This document shows, piece by piece, positions 35,154 to 45,097 of a DNA stretch of 64,000 nt. How positions within the stretch are numbered: position 1 is the first letter of the stretch; each line of letters begins with the position of its first letter. The notes beneath the pieces are model-generated. The model saw nothing but the letters and a program-made list of their open reading frames with translations. It ran no database searches and was not told the DNA's origin. The position numbers were made by a program, and so were the translations under genes. The stretch lies in the sequence record NC_048054.1; one strand, written 5' to 3'.

Positions 35154-35912
35154 ATGAAACAGTTATTCGTAGGCAGCCATCCAAACACCGTTCGCTTTTC
35201 TGATCTCGACAGCCGTGACCGCATCTGTGAGATTCGCGCGATGATCGCCGACGCGTATCGCATGTTGCGTGATTCAATTGGCGAGCAAGCCAAGAACGAA
35301 ACGAATACCTTCCACGGTCCGTGGCTTGTGTTTCGTAATCTCATGAACGATCACCCTGCCGCTTGTCTGGAAGAGTTCCGCCATGCGTCTATCTACTTCG
35401 ATGCAGATACAGAAGGCAAGGTAACTGAGATTGCTGACCTGATTGAACAGCACATCGAACTTTCGCGTGAAGCCCTGAGCCTGAAAGGTGTGCACCAACA
35501 TCAAGCTGACGCGATGATCAGTGTTCAACCTGATACGGCTACGCGTGAAGTAACGTTGCGTGTTGGTCTCGGCAAAACGCGCAGCAATAACCCGCATCTC
35601 ATTTTGGCTGATAGCGTTCGTCACTACATCGATCTGGCTTCCACTGCTGCATCGACGTTCGAGTTCTGCGTCCTGCTGACCAAGAAACTGGACTCTGACG
35701 CTCACGATAACTACGGCGAGATGACGCACGACGAGATGGTAGATTGCGTACATGACCTGATTCTCGGCTCGTCCAAGAGCGTGAAGTGCATCCGTGAGCT
35801 GATCATGAGCAGTATTAACGAATTGTCTATGCCGTATTCTCAATTCGTTTCTGGTCCTAAGTTCGATGACGAACAGGCGGCTGACGATGAAAACTTTGCG
35901 TTGCGTGGCTAA
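35154..35912 (+). CDS. Hypothetical protein
   Basis: 252-aa ORF. Confidence 0.8.
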   Translation: MKQLFVGSHPNTVRFSDLDSRDRICEIRAMIADAYRMLRDSIGEQAKNETNTFHGPWLVFRNLMNDHPAACLEEFRHASIYFDADTEGKVTEIADLIEQHIELSREALSLKGVHQHQADAMISVQPDTATREVTLRVGLGKTRSNNPHLILADSVRHYIDLASTAASTFEFCVLLTKKLDSDAHDNYGEMTHDEMVDCVHDLILGSSKSVKCIRELIMSSINELSMPYSQFVSGPKFDDEQAADDENFALRG

Positions 35913-36090
35913 ACGTTATTGGCGCGAGGCGATGATACTGATTGTGTTGGTTGTCATCGCTTTCGCTTTACCTTACTTCGAAGTACGCAACCCTACGCTG
36001 ACTATGCTGGTGGCTGTTATCGTGGCTGTGTACTTCCTCGCTACTTGGGCATGTAAGCCTAGTTACGGAAAAGACAATGAGAAAGAATGA
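35887..36090 (+). CDS. Small two-TM membrane protein
   Basis: Two hydrophobic segments. Confidence 0.65.
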   Translation: MKTLRCVAKRYWREAMILIVLVVIAFALPYFEVRNPTLTMLVAVIVAVYFLATWACKPSYGKDNEKE

Positions 36091-36628
36091 AATCGTACTG
36101 AGCGCCGAAGAGATTGCAGACGGCATTGAGAAGATCAATCACGCACTGCTGCAAGTTGGTCTGCGTTGTAACGAAGGTGATGTTGGTTACGAAACTGTGT
36201 ACACCGATGATCGTGGTGAAACGCAGGGCGGCTGGTACGCCGAGTTCGATAAGAAGTCCCGCGACAAACTGCGTGAATCAAAGAAAGTGTCATGGCGTAA
36301 CTGCGGCATGATTAGCGGCGACACGCTTGATAGCATTCTGCGTACTGCGGCCAGTCTGAAATTCCGTAACTACGGCAAAGAGCCTAGTCCTACTCAGATT
36401 AAGAAGGTGGTGCACATGATGACCAAAGAAGGTGCAACTCAGAGAGCGCTTGAGATCTACAACTCAGCTCGGCCTTTGTCTGACGATGACCTCAAGCTGT
36501 GTATCGAACACTTCCGCACTCTGGAAAACTTAATCAAAGTTGACCCGATGTTGAAGCTGGCGCAGCCTTATGTTGTAAACAACCTGTATCAACTCGAAAA
36601 CTATTTGCAAGCACGTAAGAGCAAGTAA
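36077..36628 (+). CDS. Hypothetical protein
   Basis: 183-aa ORF. Confidence 0.8.
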   Translation: MRKNEIVLSAEEIADGIEKINHALLQVGLRCNEGDVGYETVYTDDRGETQGGWYAEFDKKSRDKLRESKKVSWRNCGMISGDTLDSILRTAASLKFRNYGKEPSPTQIKKVVHMMTKEGATQRALEIYNSARPLSDDDLKLCIEHFRTLENLIKVDPMLKLAQPYVVNNLYQLENYLQARKSK

Positions 36629-36633
36629 CAATC

Positions 36634-36662
36634 ATGGGAGGCCCTTAACGGGGTTTCCCATT
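36634..36662 (+). terminator. Stem-loop, possible terminator
   Basis: ATGGGAGGCCC-TTAA-CGGGGTTTCCCAT; weak T tail. Confidence 0.5.
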
Positions 36663-36686
36663 AGTCATTTCTGGAGCAAATTTCGC

Positions 36687-37667
36687 ATGAGATTCGGATT
36701 CGCCTGTAAGCTGCTTGACGCAAACGACAAACAACCATACACCAACAAGAGCCTTAGCTATAAACACTTCTCGGCGCTGTCTGCACCTGACCAGCACGAT
36801 AAACTTATTGCTGTTGTCACGCACAATCTGACTTCGCTACTTAACATGATCAAACACGTTGGTCGTCTGCGTACCGATCTGCGTATGTTCCGAATCACAA
36901 GTGAGTTACTTCCTTTGTACACTCACCCAAAAGTGTTCCACATGTACATGCGCCATGACGTCGCAGCCCTAACCGAAAAGATGTTAGCACTCTGTGGTGC
37001 GGCGGCTCGTCGTCTTGACGTTCGCCTCTCTTTTCACCCAGGTCAATTCACTGTGCTCGCGTCTGATCGTCCTGACGTTGTGGAAAATTCAATTCGTGAA
37101 CTTGAGTACCATGCGTATTGTGCCTACCACATGGGATACGGTCGACGCTTTCAGGACTTCAAGATCAACATTCACCTCAGTGGTAGACTTGGTGCAAAAG
37201 GCTTTCGTGCATCACATTCGAAACTTTCTGACCACTGCCGTAAGATGTTAACCGTAGAGAACGACGAGATCACTTCCAGTCTCGAAGATTGTTTAGAGCT
37301 GGCAGACATATGCCCGATCGTCCTCGACATTCATCATCACTGGGTTATGACAAACGAATACATACAGCCGACCGATGATCGTGTTAAGCGTGTCATTGAC
37401 TCTTGGCGAGGTGTTCGCCCAACTGCTCACTACTCTGTGTCTAAGCCAGAGTTCGTGCCGTCTCGTGGTCTGCCTGATCAGAATAAGCTGACCGCTAATC
37501 GTATGCAGCTACGCGCACACTCTGATTACTACCACAACGACGACGTAAACGACTGGGCCCTCAGCTTCACTGATTTTGACCTGATGTGCGAGTCAAAAGC
37601 GAAGAATAGAGCGCGAGTCAAATTGGCGTGTTTTAACGTCAACTCTGCAAATAAATGGACAAAATGA
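36687..37667 (+). CDS. uvsE: UV-damage endonuclease (UVDE)
   Basis: GFACK, FRITSELLP, RLSFHPGQF, ENDE, LDIHHH, AHSD, MCESKAKN. Confidence 0.93.
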   Translation: MRFGFACKLLDANDKQPYTNKSLSYKHFSALSAPDQHDKLIAVVTHNLTSLLNMIKHVGRLRTDLRMFRITSELLPLYTHPKVFHMYMRHDVAALTEKMLALCGAAARRLDVRLSFHPGQFTVLASDRPDVVENSIRELEYHAYCAYHMGYGRRFQDFKINIHLSGRLGAKGFRASHSKLSDHCRKMLTVENDEITSSLEDCLELADICPIVLDIHHHWVMTNEYIQPTDDRVKRVIDSWRGVRPTAHYSVSKPEFVPSRGLPDQNKLTANRMQLRAHSDYYHNDDVNDWALSFTDFDLMCESKAKNRARVKLACFNVNSANKWTK

Positions 37668-37700
37668 GGCTTGTTTGCGATATTCGACCTGTGATACACT
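37655..37700 (+). promoter_or_regulatory. Conserved promoter cassette copy 5
   Basis: ATGGACAAAATGAGG; TGATACACT with hexamer at +40; GAGC-ACTTTC-GCTC hairpin. Confidence 0.7.
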
Positions 37701-37755
37701 GTTTATGAGCACTTTCGCTCGTTTTTCTCATATAACTAGACAGAGGAAATAAGAC

Positions 37756-38058
37756 ATGTTCACAACAACTACTCTCGCAACCAAAGCACCTGTTGTTCAG
37801 TCCGCCAACCATTCATTCGGTATTACAGGTATCACACCTACCAACCGTATCTCCTGCATTTGGCCTGGCGCTCTGGAAGTTCCTGCGAATATTAAACGTT
37901 GGTGCCGTGTTAACGAAATCACCAACGACCTTGATGCTTACATGCGTGTTCGCTTTAAAGGTCGCCGCGCAGATATTCTGAACCTGGTGACTAAACACCT
38001 CGCTCCGAATAATCCTGAACTGGCGGTTCGTATTCTCGCAACTATTACTGAGGCGTAA
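37756..38058 (+). CDS. Hypothetical protein
   Basis: GAGGA RBS. Confidence 0.8.
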   Translation: MFTTTTLATKAPVVQSANHSFGITGITPTNRISCIWPGALEVPANIKRWCRVNEITNDLDAYMRVRFKGRRADILNLVTKHLAPNNPELAVRILATITEA

Positions 38059-38059
38059 A

Positions 38060-38323
38060 ATGAAAGTCCAATGTTTGGAAGCCGTATACGGTACTACGAA
38101 TACCAATACTCCGTTTGTGGAGAAACGTGGCTTCCGTCCTGTCGAATCAAAATATCTCGATGGTACGGAGGTTAGATTACAACGGTTATCACACGATATA
38201 CATGAACGTGTGATTGTGGGTTATGACCGCTTTGGTCGTGCTGTGTATGGAACACAAGTACCACAATCGACGTTCGAAGTGCGTGACAGCAAGGAAAGCG
38301 AACCGAATAAAACGGCGCCCTAG
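38060..38323 (+). CDS. Hypothetical protein
   Basis: GAGG RBS. Confidence 0.7.
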   Translation: MKVQCLEAVYGTTNTNTPFVEKRGFRPVESKYLDGTEVRLQRLSHDIHERVIVGYDRFGRAVYGTQVPQSTFEVRDSKESEPNKTAP

Positions 38324-38396
38324 CAAGCTCACAACCAGAAGCCATAGAATAACCAACAATAAATTCATGTGCTGACCTATCGTGGGGTGTCTTAAA

Positions 38397-38774
38397 ATGA
38401 TCGTCATTTGTAACAGTTCAAAACAGTTTTGTGCTGATCGTCTGGCACACGGGGATGCTTTTGTTTTTGGTAAAACTCGCATGTTGTTACGTGCGGACTT
38501 TATCGTCCTGACCGACAAAAACAATTGCTTCTATGTAGTACGCAAATCTGATGTTGTTTGGGCTCCCGAGCTTACGGGTGCGACGCATGTGATTAAGATC
38601 CGGGCGTTCGCCCAGATTAAGCCATTTGAACTCAACGCAGCATGTCCACAGTTCAATAGTCGCGTATTCGGAACAATCGCTTTCCGCAATCCGCACTTCG
38701 AACACAGACTGAATAGTCTGAAATATGTCGAGACAAACTTCGGAGGTTTACATGGCACGGTATCATGTGTTTAG
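38397..38774 (+). CDS. Hypothetical protein
   Basis: ORF with ATG 38397. Confidence 0.6.
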   Translation: MIVICNSSKQFCADRLAHGDAFVFGKTRMLLRADFIVLTDKNNCFYVVRKSDVVWAPELTGATHVIKIRAFAQIKPFELNAACPQFNSRVFGTIAFRNPHFEHRLNSLKYVETNFGGLHGTVSCV

Positions 38775-39003
38775 CGCGACCCATAGATATTACGGCGAAG
38801 CATACGAAGGTACGTGGCTGAAAGAGATTACACTCAACGGCCATCAAGTTACCTCAGCCGAGTTTAAAGACTTCGAGAGCGCAAAGGAATGCGCGGACAA
38901 GCTGCATGAGGTTTGCGATATAGGGTGGATCGTATACAACGCCTTCTCTGAAAGAGCGATGTACGATACCCGCACAGAGCAAGGCGAGTCTGTAAATACA
39001 TAG
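38752..39003 (+). CDS. Hypothetical protein
   Basis: GGAGG RBS before ATG 38752. Confidence 0.75.
   Translation: MARYHVFSATHRYYGEAYEGTWLKEITLNGHQVTSAEFKDFESAKECADKLHEVCDIGWIVYNAFSERAMYDTRTEQGESVNT
38990..38998 (+). promoter_or_regulatory. CTGTAAATA motif
   Basis: At the 3' end of the ORF, 80 nt before the exported-protein gene. Confidence 0.4.
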
Positions 39004-39077
39004 CAGCCTCGCCTGCACCTATTCTTAATGTGGCGCTTACGGGCAACACACAAATTCACTATCTAATGAGGTTCAGA

Positions 39078-39590
39078 ATGAAATTCACTTCCATCGCTAT
39101 CGCACTGGTTATGGCCGCTTCTTCCGCTAACGCTGCAAACTACAAAGCTCCTGCTCCAGCTGCGGGCATGGAGTCTTCTGGTATGTCTATCTCTGACAAG
39201 CTGGACGACTCCTGCCAAACCAAGCTGGCTCAGGCCATTGACCTGCGTGGTGCCGTTGTTGACTTTGCCGTGTCGCGTGACGCTATCGACACTGTGCCGC
39301 TCTGGCCTCTGGTCTGTGCGCCGACTGTTGAAACCAAATCAATCAACGTTGAGCGTACAGGCGCTGACCTGACGATCACCTACACCAACAACGATGTGAA
39401 GATGCCAAAACTTACTTTGGTGTTGCAGCGCGTTAAGTCTGAGAATGACGATGATGCACCTGCGTATCAGATCGTTCAGGTCGGAGATATGAATGCGATG
39501 GGCTACGAAGAACAGTCCGCCGTTAAAGATTGGCTGCTTGATTGCTATGCTGCCACTATTCAAGATGACATGGTGGCGGTGCTGAACTAA
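39078..39590 (+). CDS. Exported protein with Sec signal peptide
   Basis: MKFTSIAIALVMAASSANA-A; GAGG RBS. Confidence 0.8.
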   Translation: MKFTSIAIALVMAASSANAANYKAPAPAAGMESSGMSISDKLDDSCQTKLAQAIDLRGAVVDFAVSRDAIDTVPLWPLVCAPTVETKSINVERTGADLTITYTNNDVKMPKLTLVLQRVKSENDDDAPAYQIVQVGDMNAMGYEEQSAVKDWLLDCYAATIQDDMVAVLN

Positions 39591-39877
39591 TGAAAGGAAA
39601 GAAGTTAGACGTATTCCTGCAACAACGCACGGCGATAAACAAGGTAGCTTCCAGTCCGCAAGACTGGCAGACCTATAAAGAAATGCTGTTGAACATACGG
39701 CTCGCCGTTGCTGTTGAACCACGACCCGATGCTGCGGTACGGCACTTAGCTCGTACTTGGCACGCGGAAAAGAAATATGCGCTCCCTGTCTGTCAGGCTA
39801 CGCTTCTTAAACTCATGACGTTGAAGAAAGCGAACCAAACGCTTGAAGAAATGATCGCGCTCTACATTGGACCTTGA
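39590..39877 (+). CDS. Hypothetical protein
   Basis: TAATG coupling. Confidence 0.7.
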   Translation: MKGKKLDVFLQQRTAINKVASSPQDWQTYKEMLLNIRLAVAVEPRPDAAVRHLARTWHAEKKYALPVCQATLLKLMTLKKANQTLEEMIALYIGP

Positions 39878-39892
39878 GGAAGGACAGAAACA

Positions 39893-41065
39893 ATGAACGA
39901 TATCGCCAGTATTGCCCGCAGCATTTTCGAACGTGGTACTATCGAGCAACGTGATGCGTTACGCGCAGTTGCGAATACCGTACTCGTGCCTTCCATGCGA
40001 CTCTCCTATGAAGTCGCCGAACCTACGGTTGAAGAAACGTATCGCCTCCTTGAAGGCATCGCGTTCACAGGCGACGGCAAGATGATGCTGCCTGGTGACG
40101 AGATCTATGCGCTCGATTCTCTTTTGAACAAAGAGTGGAAGAAGACTTTCTTCGAAGCTGTTGCGAACATGACGCTTACCATGTATTGCACAGACCCGCA
40201 TACCGCAGGCAAAGGCTTCTGGCCTAAGAGCAACAATGATTGTTGCGAGTTTATTACGCGGGCCTTTATCTGGATGCTCACTCAGCACGGTCTGACCAAT
40301 ATTCTGGTGCGTGATACGAGCGTCGTAAGTCATACGCGTCTGCCGCAGTTTATCATTGCGTTGCAGACAGAAGGTAAAGATGATGGCTATGCGCGTCATT
40401 TCAGTTTGTATGATCCGTATTCTGATTCAGGCAATATCACTGTTTCTAACTTGTGGTCTGAGGAATACAAAGCTGCCAGAGTGAGTGAGACTCTTGCAGG
40501 CCGTCCGCCTGAATACGATGCGGTTCGCCATATGAATTTCGATGATCTTGCAGATCTGTGTGAGCGACTGGAACTCATTGCAGTGAAGTCTGACTCGAAT
40601 TGCGATTGTGACGACGATGACTGCGAATGCGACGAGCTGGTAACTCGCCATGACCTCGACCGCGACCCAGATGATCTGCGTGAAATCTTCTACGCCAAGT
40701 ATGGCGACCCTGACGACGAAGGCGTTGTCGATGAAGAAGACTGGATCACAGGCGCTTCACTCATGGAAGTTGAAATCAATCTGCCGATTGTCACTCTGCA
40801 CAAGCCCGTGCCTAAAACGAATATGCCAAGATCTGGGCATATGAAAATGAAAAAGCCGATGGCGAAATCGACTAACAAGAGTCGCGTCGTTTTGAACCAC
40901 GACCAGCAGATTTGGCATGAGCTGGATGAAAAGCAAGAGTTCGGTGATCGCCGTTTTGCTATTACTCTCGTATCACGTCATACGTGCGGCATCAATCGCC
41001 CTGTCGCAACGAACAACGAAGCGCTGGCTATCGCATACGCCCTGTTAGCGTTAGACAGCAAATAA
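39893..41065 (+). CDS. Hypothetical protein with acidic Cys/Asp tract
   Basis: 390 aa; GAGGAAGGA RBS. Confidence 0.85.
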   Translation: MNDIASIARSIFERGTIEQRDALRAVANTVLVPSMRLSYEVAEPTVEETYRLLEGIAFTGDGKMMLPGDEIYALDSLLNKEWKKTFFEAVANMTLTMYCTDPHTAGKGFWPKSNNDCCEFITRAFIWMLTQHGLTNILVRDTSVVSHTRLPQFIIALQTEGKDDGYARHFSLYDPYSDSGNITVSNLWSEEYKAARVSETLAGRPPEYDAVRHMNFDDLADLCERLELIAVKSDSNCDCDDDDCECDELVTRHDLDRDPDDLREIFYAKYGDPDDEGVVDEEDWITGASLMEVEINLPIVTLHKPVPKTNMPRSGHMKMKKPMAKSTNKSRVVLNHDQQIWHELDEKQEFGDRRFAITLVSRHTCGINRPVATNNEALAIAYALLALDSK

Positions 41066-41110
41066 CTGGTCAAACTAGCGCTTCAATTCGAGGCGCTTTT
41101 CTGCTATAAT
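41066..41110 (+). promoter_or_regulatory. Conserved promoter cassette copy 6
   Basis: CTGGTCAAACTAGC; TGCTATAAT with hexamer at +39; GAGC-AATATC-GCTC hairpin. Confidence 0.8.
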
Positions 41111-41177
41111 CATAGCTAGAGCAATATCGCTCTCAACGTCATTTTTAACCATACGTTTATAACGGGAATTGTCATTT

Positions 41178-41480
41178 ATGTCACGCACTATTTCACGCAA
41201 GAAAGCAGTTAACCTCATGTCCACCACTTACAACGCGAAACACCCTGAGTACCTGCCGCGCCTGTTGGCCGAAGATATGGACTCGACTCACCTGTTTGAG
41301 TTTCGTGAAATGGTAATCGCCAAGATCCAATCTGGCGAAGACCCAACTAAAGTGGTCGATGATATGATCGATACTGCAATCCGCGTCACTCAGGTTCGTC
41401 GTCGCACCAGCAATGATTATAATCCTAAGATCGCTGACGTGCTGACTGATGAAATGCGTGAGATGCTCCGTAACCTTTAA
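41178..41480 (+). CDS. Hypothetical protein
   Basis: ORF after promoter cassette. Confidence 0.75.
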   Translation: MSRTISRKKAVNLMSTTYNAKHPEYLPRLLAEDMDSTHLFEFREMVIAKIQSGEDPTKVVDDMIDTAIRVTQVRRRTSNDYNPKIADVLTDEMREMLRNL

Positions 41481-41488
41481 GGATTAAA

Positions 41489-42043
41489 ATGAAAAGCTAC
41501 GGTTACTTCTTCATTCTGAATCACATCGCTATGGCCGTAGATGCACCCGACAAGGACGTCGGGTTTAAAGCTCTGGTTGAACTGGATATGCTCAATCGCG
41601 CATCTATCTTTACGCGCCCTGACGCCGAGCCTCGCGCTGCAAAACTTGTACGCGATTTAACTCAGGCTATCTATCCACCTGCATCCGATATCCATCCGAC
41701 TGTTGCGCAGCGTATGATGTTGGTGAAAGCGCTGCACGACGAAGAACTCGAATCTATCGTCGGCGGTATTCGATTCTTCGTGCCGTTTGCGTACACGAAA
41801 GAACAACTGACCGAGCAGTTCGGTTTCTTTGATAGTGGTGAGGCTCTTAACGTGCCCTACTATCTGCGACACATGCTCATGGACGATCAAGCCGTCTTCC
41901 TTGACGGTAAGCTGACCAGCTTCGCGCATTCGTGTGCATATGGAGAAGTGACGCAGACAGCCAGAACCTACGGTCTGCTTCCTGCTCAGGCTTATGGCAA
42001 GAACGATATCCCTGAGCAATTCAAACATCTGCCTCTGTTTTAG
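41489..42043 (+). CDS. Hypothetical protein
   Basis: AAGGA RBS; 184 aa. Confidence 0.8.
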   Translation: MKSYGYFFILNHIAMAVDAPDKDVGFKALVELDMLNRASIFTRPDAEPRAAKLVRDLTQAIYPPASDIHPTVAQRMMLVKALHDEELESIVGGIRFFVPFAYTKEQLTEQFGFFDSGEALNVPYYLRHMLMDDQAVFLDGKLTSFAHSCAYGEVTQTARTYGLLPAQAYGKNDIPEQFKHLPLF

Positions 42044-42055
42044 GAGACAACGCTC

Positions 42056-42514
42056 ATGGGAGTTGTTAAAGGCATAACCGCTACCACGTTCCCTTCTCGG
42101 GGACGTGACGAGGGCCAGAAGATTGCTCTCAAGACTCGCTGGGGAATTTATCCAGCGGTCATTGTGCGACAAGATAACGACCAGCCGTACAATGAGATAT
42201 GGAAGATCGATGCAAAGAATCTTCCTCGTCGTTATTTCACCGAGAACGACGACCTGTTCGTGTCACGTCACTACATTGAGAACTACGCAAAGCATTCACC
42301 TATCTGTCCGAAGGGTGAGCATGAAGACCAGTTCGTTGATGTTGTGTTTGACTACGACACACAAAATAAATGCGAAGGCGTCGTTGTGACGCATCGTGAT
42401 CTGCTTTTGGTAATTCTGATTACCACAGGCCCACATTCAGGTCGCTACGTTACTGGCAAAGAATGTCAGTATGCACCACGACCTCGCTCCACCAAAGAAC
42501 TTATCGACAACTAA
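42056..42514 (+). CDS. Hypothetical protein (possibly two SH3-like repeats)
   Basis: GGAG RBS; GIYPAVIVRQD and KCEGVVVTHRD segments look parallel. Confidence 0.75.
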   Translation: MGVVKGITATTFPSRGRDEGQKIALKTRWGIYPAVIVRQDNDQPYNEIWKIDAKNLPRRYFTENDDLFVSRHYIENYAKHSPICPKGEHEDQFVDVVFDYDTQNKCEGVVVTHRDLLLVILITTGPHSGRYVTGKECQYAPRPRSTKELIDN

Positions 42515-42524
42515 GGATATAAGA

Positions 42525-43094
42525 ATGCAATTCAAAGTAATGCCAGACCTCGAACGTTTCCCTGACTTCATTATGCCTAAACGTGCTACTGCACATTCGG
42601 CTGGGTTTGACCTGTTTGCACAGGAAGATATGATCATCACCGAGCAAACAACTTTGTTTGAGTTGGGCTTTAAAGCAGCCGTACCTCGCGACTTTACTGG
42701 CGCTAACGATCAGGTTCCGAAAGAGTATGTAGGGATCATCTTCCCACGAAGTGGCCTGGGTGCTAAGTTCAACTGTCAATTGTCAAACACGCTCGGTGTT
42801 ATTGATTGTGACTACCGTGGACAATGGATGGCCGCTATGCACCTAGGCGGTAAAGGCACTAAGAGTGGTGCGCTCGAAAAAGTACGCGCACTTCTTCAAC
42901 GTGTTGCACCTTCTGTTGCCGCTCTGGTCACGGGGCCTGATACGCAACTCGCGCTTCACATCAAGCGTGGCGAAGCATTTGCACAAGTGCTGTTCTTCGA
43001 AGTACCTCTGATGGACATTGCGCAAGTCACCGAGCTGGACGACACTGAACGCGGTGAGGGTGGTTTCGGTTCCACCACACCTGCTCGTGGATAA
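42525..43094 (+). CDS. dut: Trimeric dUTPase
   Basis: SAGFDL, PRSGLG, GVIDCDYRG, FAQVLF, TERGEGGFGST. Confidence 0.95.
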   Translation: MQFKVMPDLERFPDFIMPKRATAHSAGFDLFAQEDMIITEQTTLFELGFKAAVPRDFTGANDQVPKEYVGIIFPRSGLGAKFNCQLSNTLGVIDCDYRGQWMAAMHLGGKGTKSGALEKVRALLQRVAPSVAALVTGPDTQLALHIKRGEAFAQVLFFEVPLMDIAQVTELDDTERGEGGFGSTTPARG

Positions 43095-43302
43095 TCTGCT
43101 GATAGTGATTATCGCCTACTATATTGTGGGCGTTATCATATTCATTCGCGATCTATGCGAAGTCGCAGAAGACACGGTGCTCCGCAAACAGTTCAATGCG
43201 GAACTCGAACAGATCTCTAACACAGGTCTTGCGATTGAACTTATCCGTGTTGTGCTATTCGTTGTGTTTATCCACATTCCTTGCTGGATATTCCGCGTAT
43301 AG
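43087..43302 (+). CDS. Small two-TM membrane protein
   Basis: GTG overlapping the dut stop; two hydrophobic segments. Confidence 0.55.
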   Translation: MDNLLIVIIAYYIVGVIIFIRDLCEVAEDTVLRKQFNAELEQISNTGLAIELIRVVLFVVFIHIPCWIFRV

Positions 43303-43360
43303 TGACGCTACTCACACGAGGAGCCTTACGTGGGTTCCTCATTATCGTAATATAAACACT

Positions 43361-43675
43361 ATGGCAAAGAAAACTTATCTGCTACCTCGTGAGCGCCCAA
43401 GCCCGTTGCCTAATCTACGAGCCTATCTCGCGTTTCTCGCCCGGAAGCCTAATGCTAATCGCGCAGTATTAGAATCGTATTGCAAAGCAAGTCTGGCACA
43501 AATGGCGCGCGGCCGTTTCTTTGTAGGTAAGCTCTTTGGCTACAAGGTGTATACGAAATCGAACAAGCTCGCATACACGGTTGTGTGGATTGACCCATAC
43601 AACTACGATTGTCTTGTTCTAAACCATCAAAGGAGAGAAGTAGAGTTTAAAAACCTTTATGGCCTGCTTTTATAG
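43361..43675 (+). CDS. Hypothetical basic protein
   Basis: ATG 43361 (MAKKTYLL). Confidence 0.65.
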   Translation: MAKKTYLLPRERPSPLPNLRAYLAFLARKPNANRAVLESYCKASLAQMARGRFFVGKLFGYKVYTKSNKLAYTVVWIDPYNYDCLVLNHQRREVEFKNLYGLLL

Positions 43676-43712
43676 TTAGGTCCTAGCGCCTTCACACTAG
43701 GGGAATCTTCCG

Positions 43713-44390
43713 ATGATAACTGTTCTTAACAATCGTACCGACGAGGTAATTAAACGCCTGAACGTAGCAGTATGGGTATGTGTCGCAATCATGTTTGCTG
43801 TCTTCATCGCAATCGTGAGTAACGCAAACGCCAGTATGTCTACAGGCCCTGACAACGCCATTGATCTTTCATCTTCCGTGTCACTCGATCCCTCCAATCG
43901 TGTGGCAACCAAATACAAGGAGATAGAAAAGGCAGTAGCCGCAAAAGAAGAACGAAGGCCCAAACGTTATGTAACGAGAGAGCGCCTCCGACAACTCTAT
44001 GCGCACTTGCCGCATCCGTCTGACTTAGGCAAGCAGATTGATTTGGCCGCAGAGAAGTACAACGTAGATGCAAAATTGCTTCTATCGATCTGCGTGTCCG
44101 AGTCGCATCTTCGTGCAAAGGTCAGGAACAAGTCCGGAGCTACAGGCCTGTGTCAAATCATGCCTAAAATGCACGGACGTTCTGTACGGGAACTCATGGA
44201 CTACCGAATCAATGTTGATCAGGCAGCCCAGATTGTTGCGTTACTAAACAAGCAGTGTAGAGGCAGACGCGCCTGCGTCATCCAAAGTTACAACACTGGT
44301 TGGGGAGCATATTTGAGAGGGGTACGTGCCCCACAATATTTAGCGAAAGTACAGACTGAGTATCGCCGCAAGCATACTCCATCTTCCTAA
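43713..44390 (+). CDS. Lytic transglycosylase (SLT domain) with N-terminal signal/TM
   Basis: LLLSICVSES, GATGLCQIMP, NVDQAAQI, SYNTG; hydrophobic helix ending ANA-S. Confidence 0.9.
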   Translation: MITVLNNRTDEVIKRLNVAVWVCVAIMFAVFIAIVSNANASMSTGPDNAIDLSSSVSLDPSNRVATKYKEIEKAVAAKEERRPKRYVTRERLRQLYAHLPHPSDLGKQIDLAAEKYNVDAKLLLSICVSESHLRAKVRNKSGATGLCQIMPKMHGRSVRELMDYRINVDQAAQIVALLNKQCRGRRACVIQSYNTGWGAYLRGVRAPQYLAKVQTEYRRKHTPSS

Positions 44391-44405
44391 TAAGAGGACA
44401 TAATA

Positions 44406-45092
44406 ATGAACATCAATATCACCACGCTGTACAAAATGCAATTCCAGTTACTGAAACCTCTGTCACCTCGTCAGGAGTATGCGCTTGTTGTGCTGCTCTG
44501 CGACAACGTGCAGGACGGTGATGTGGCTGCACTGGCACAAGTAATCGTTCGTGACTATCCGCACGTTGCGCGTCTGTATGATGCGTTCGCTGCTGCCAAC
44601 CAATACGAAAACGCTGTGCCGTTTATCGTGCCTGTGTTGAACTCCGAAGAAGTCACCGAAGAGATCTTCTGCATTCGTAATCACGCTCTGGTTGTTGCAC
44701 CTGGCCTGCGCGATTCTCTGTATCAGGCTCTGACTCGCGTTGTAATGATGCGTGAAACTCCTGATGAATTGCTGATGCGTGAAGGCGCTGAATTGATTCT
44801 GGTCCATGACGCTCTGCCGTTCTTACTTGGCCAGTTCGTTGACAGTATGCTCGACGCGTACAACTGTGGTGTGCTGCCTATGGTTATTCGTCCTACGAAA
44901 GACCAGCAGGCTATGCGTGATGATCGCCTGTTGTCGTTTGAGATGTTGCGCGACAACAATATGTTCTCTGGGAGTCTGGACTTCACTAAAGCTCTACAGC
45001 CGAGCGAGAAAGCAAAAGCAATTGCTGCCCAGCTTATCTCTCGTCTGCGTGGTGTCAAGCCTGCACACGGCTTCGATGCAGTAGCACAATAA
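44406..45092 (+). CDS. Hypothetical protein
   Basis: GAGGA RBS; 228 aa. Confidence 0.85.
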   Translation: MNINITTLYKMQFQLLKPLSPRQEYALVVLLCDNVQDGDVAALAQVIVRDYPHVARLYDAFAAANQYENAVPFIVPVLNSEEVTEEIFCIRNHALVVAPGLRDSLYQALTRVVMMRETPDELLMREGAELILVHDALPFLLGQFVDSMLDAYNCGVLPMVIRPTKDQQAMRDDRLLSFEMLRDNNMFSGSLDFTKALQPSEKAKAIAAQLISRLRGVKPAHGFDAVAQ

Positions 45093-45097
45093 AACAC

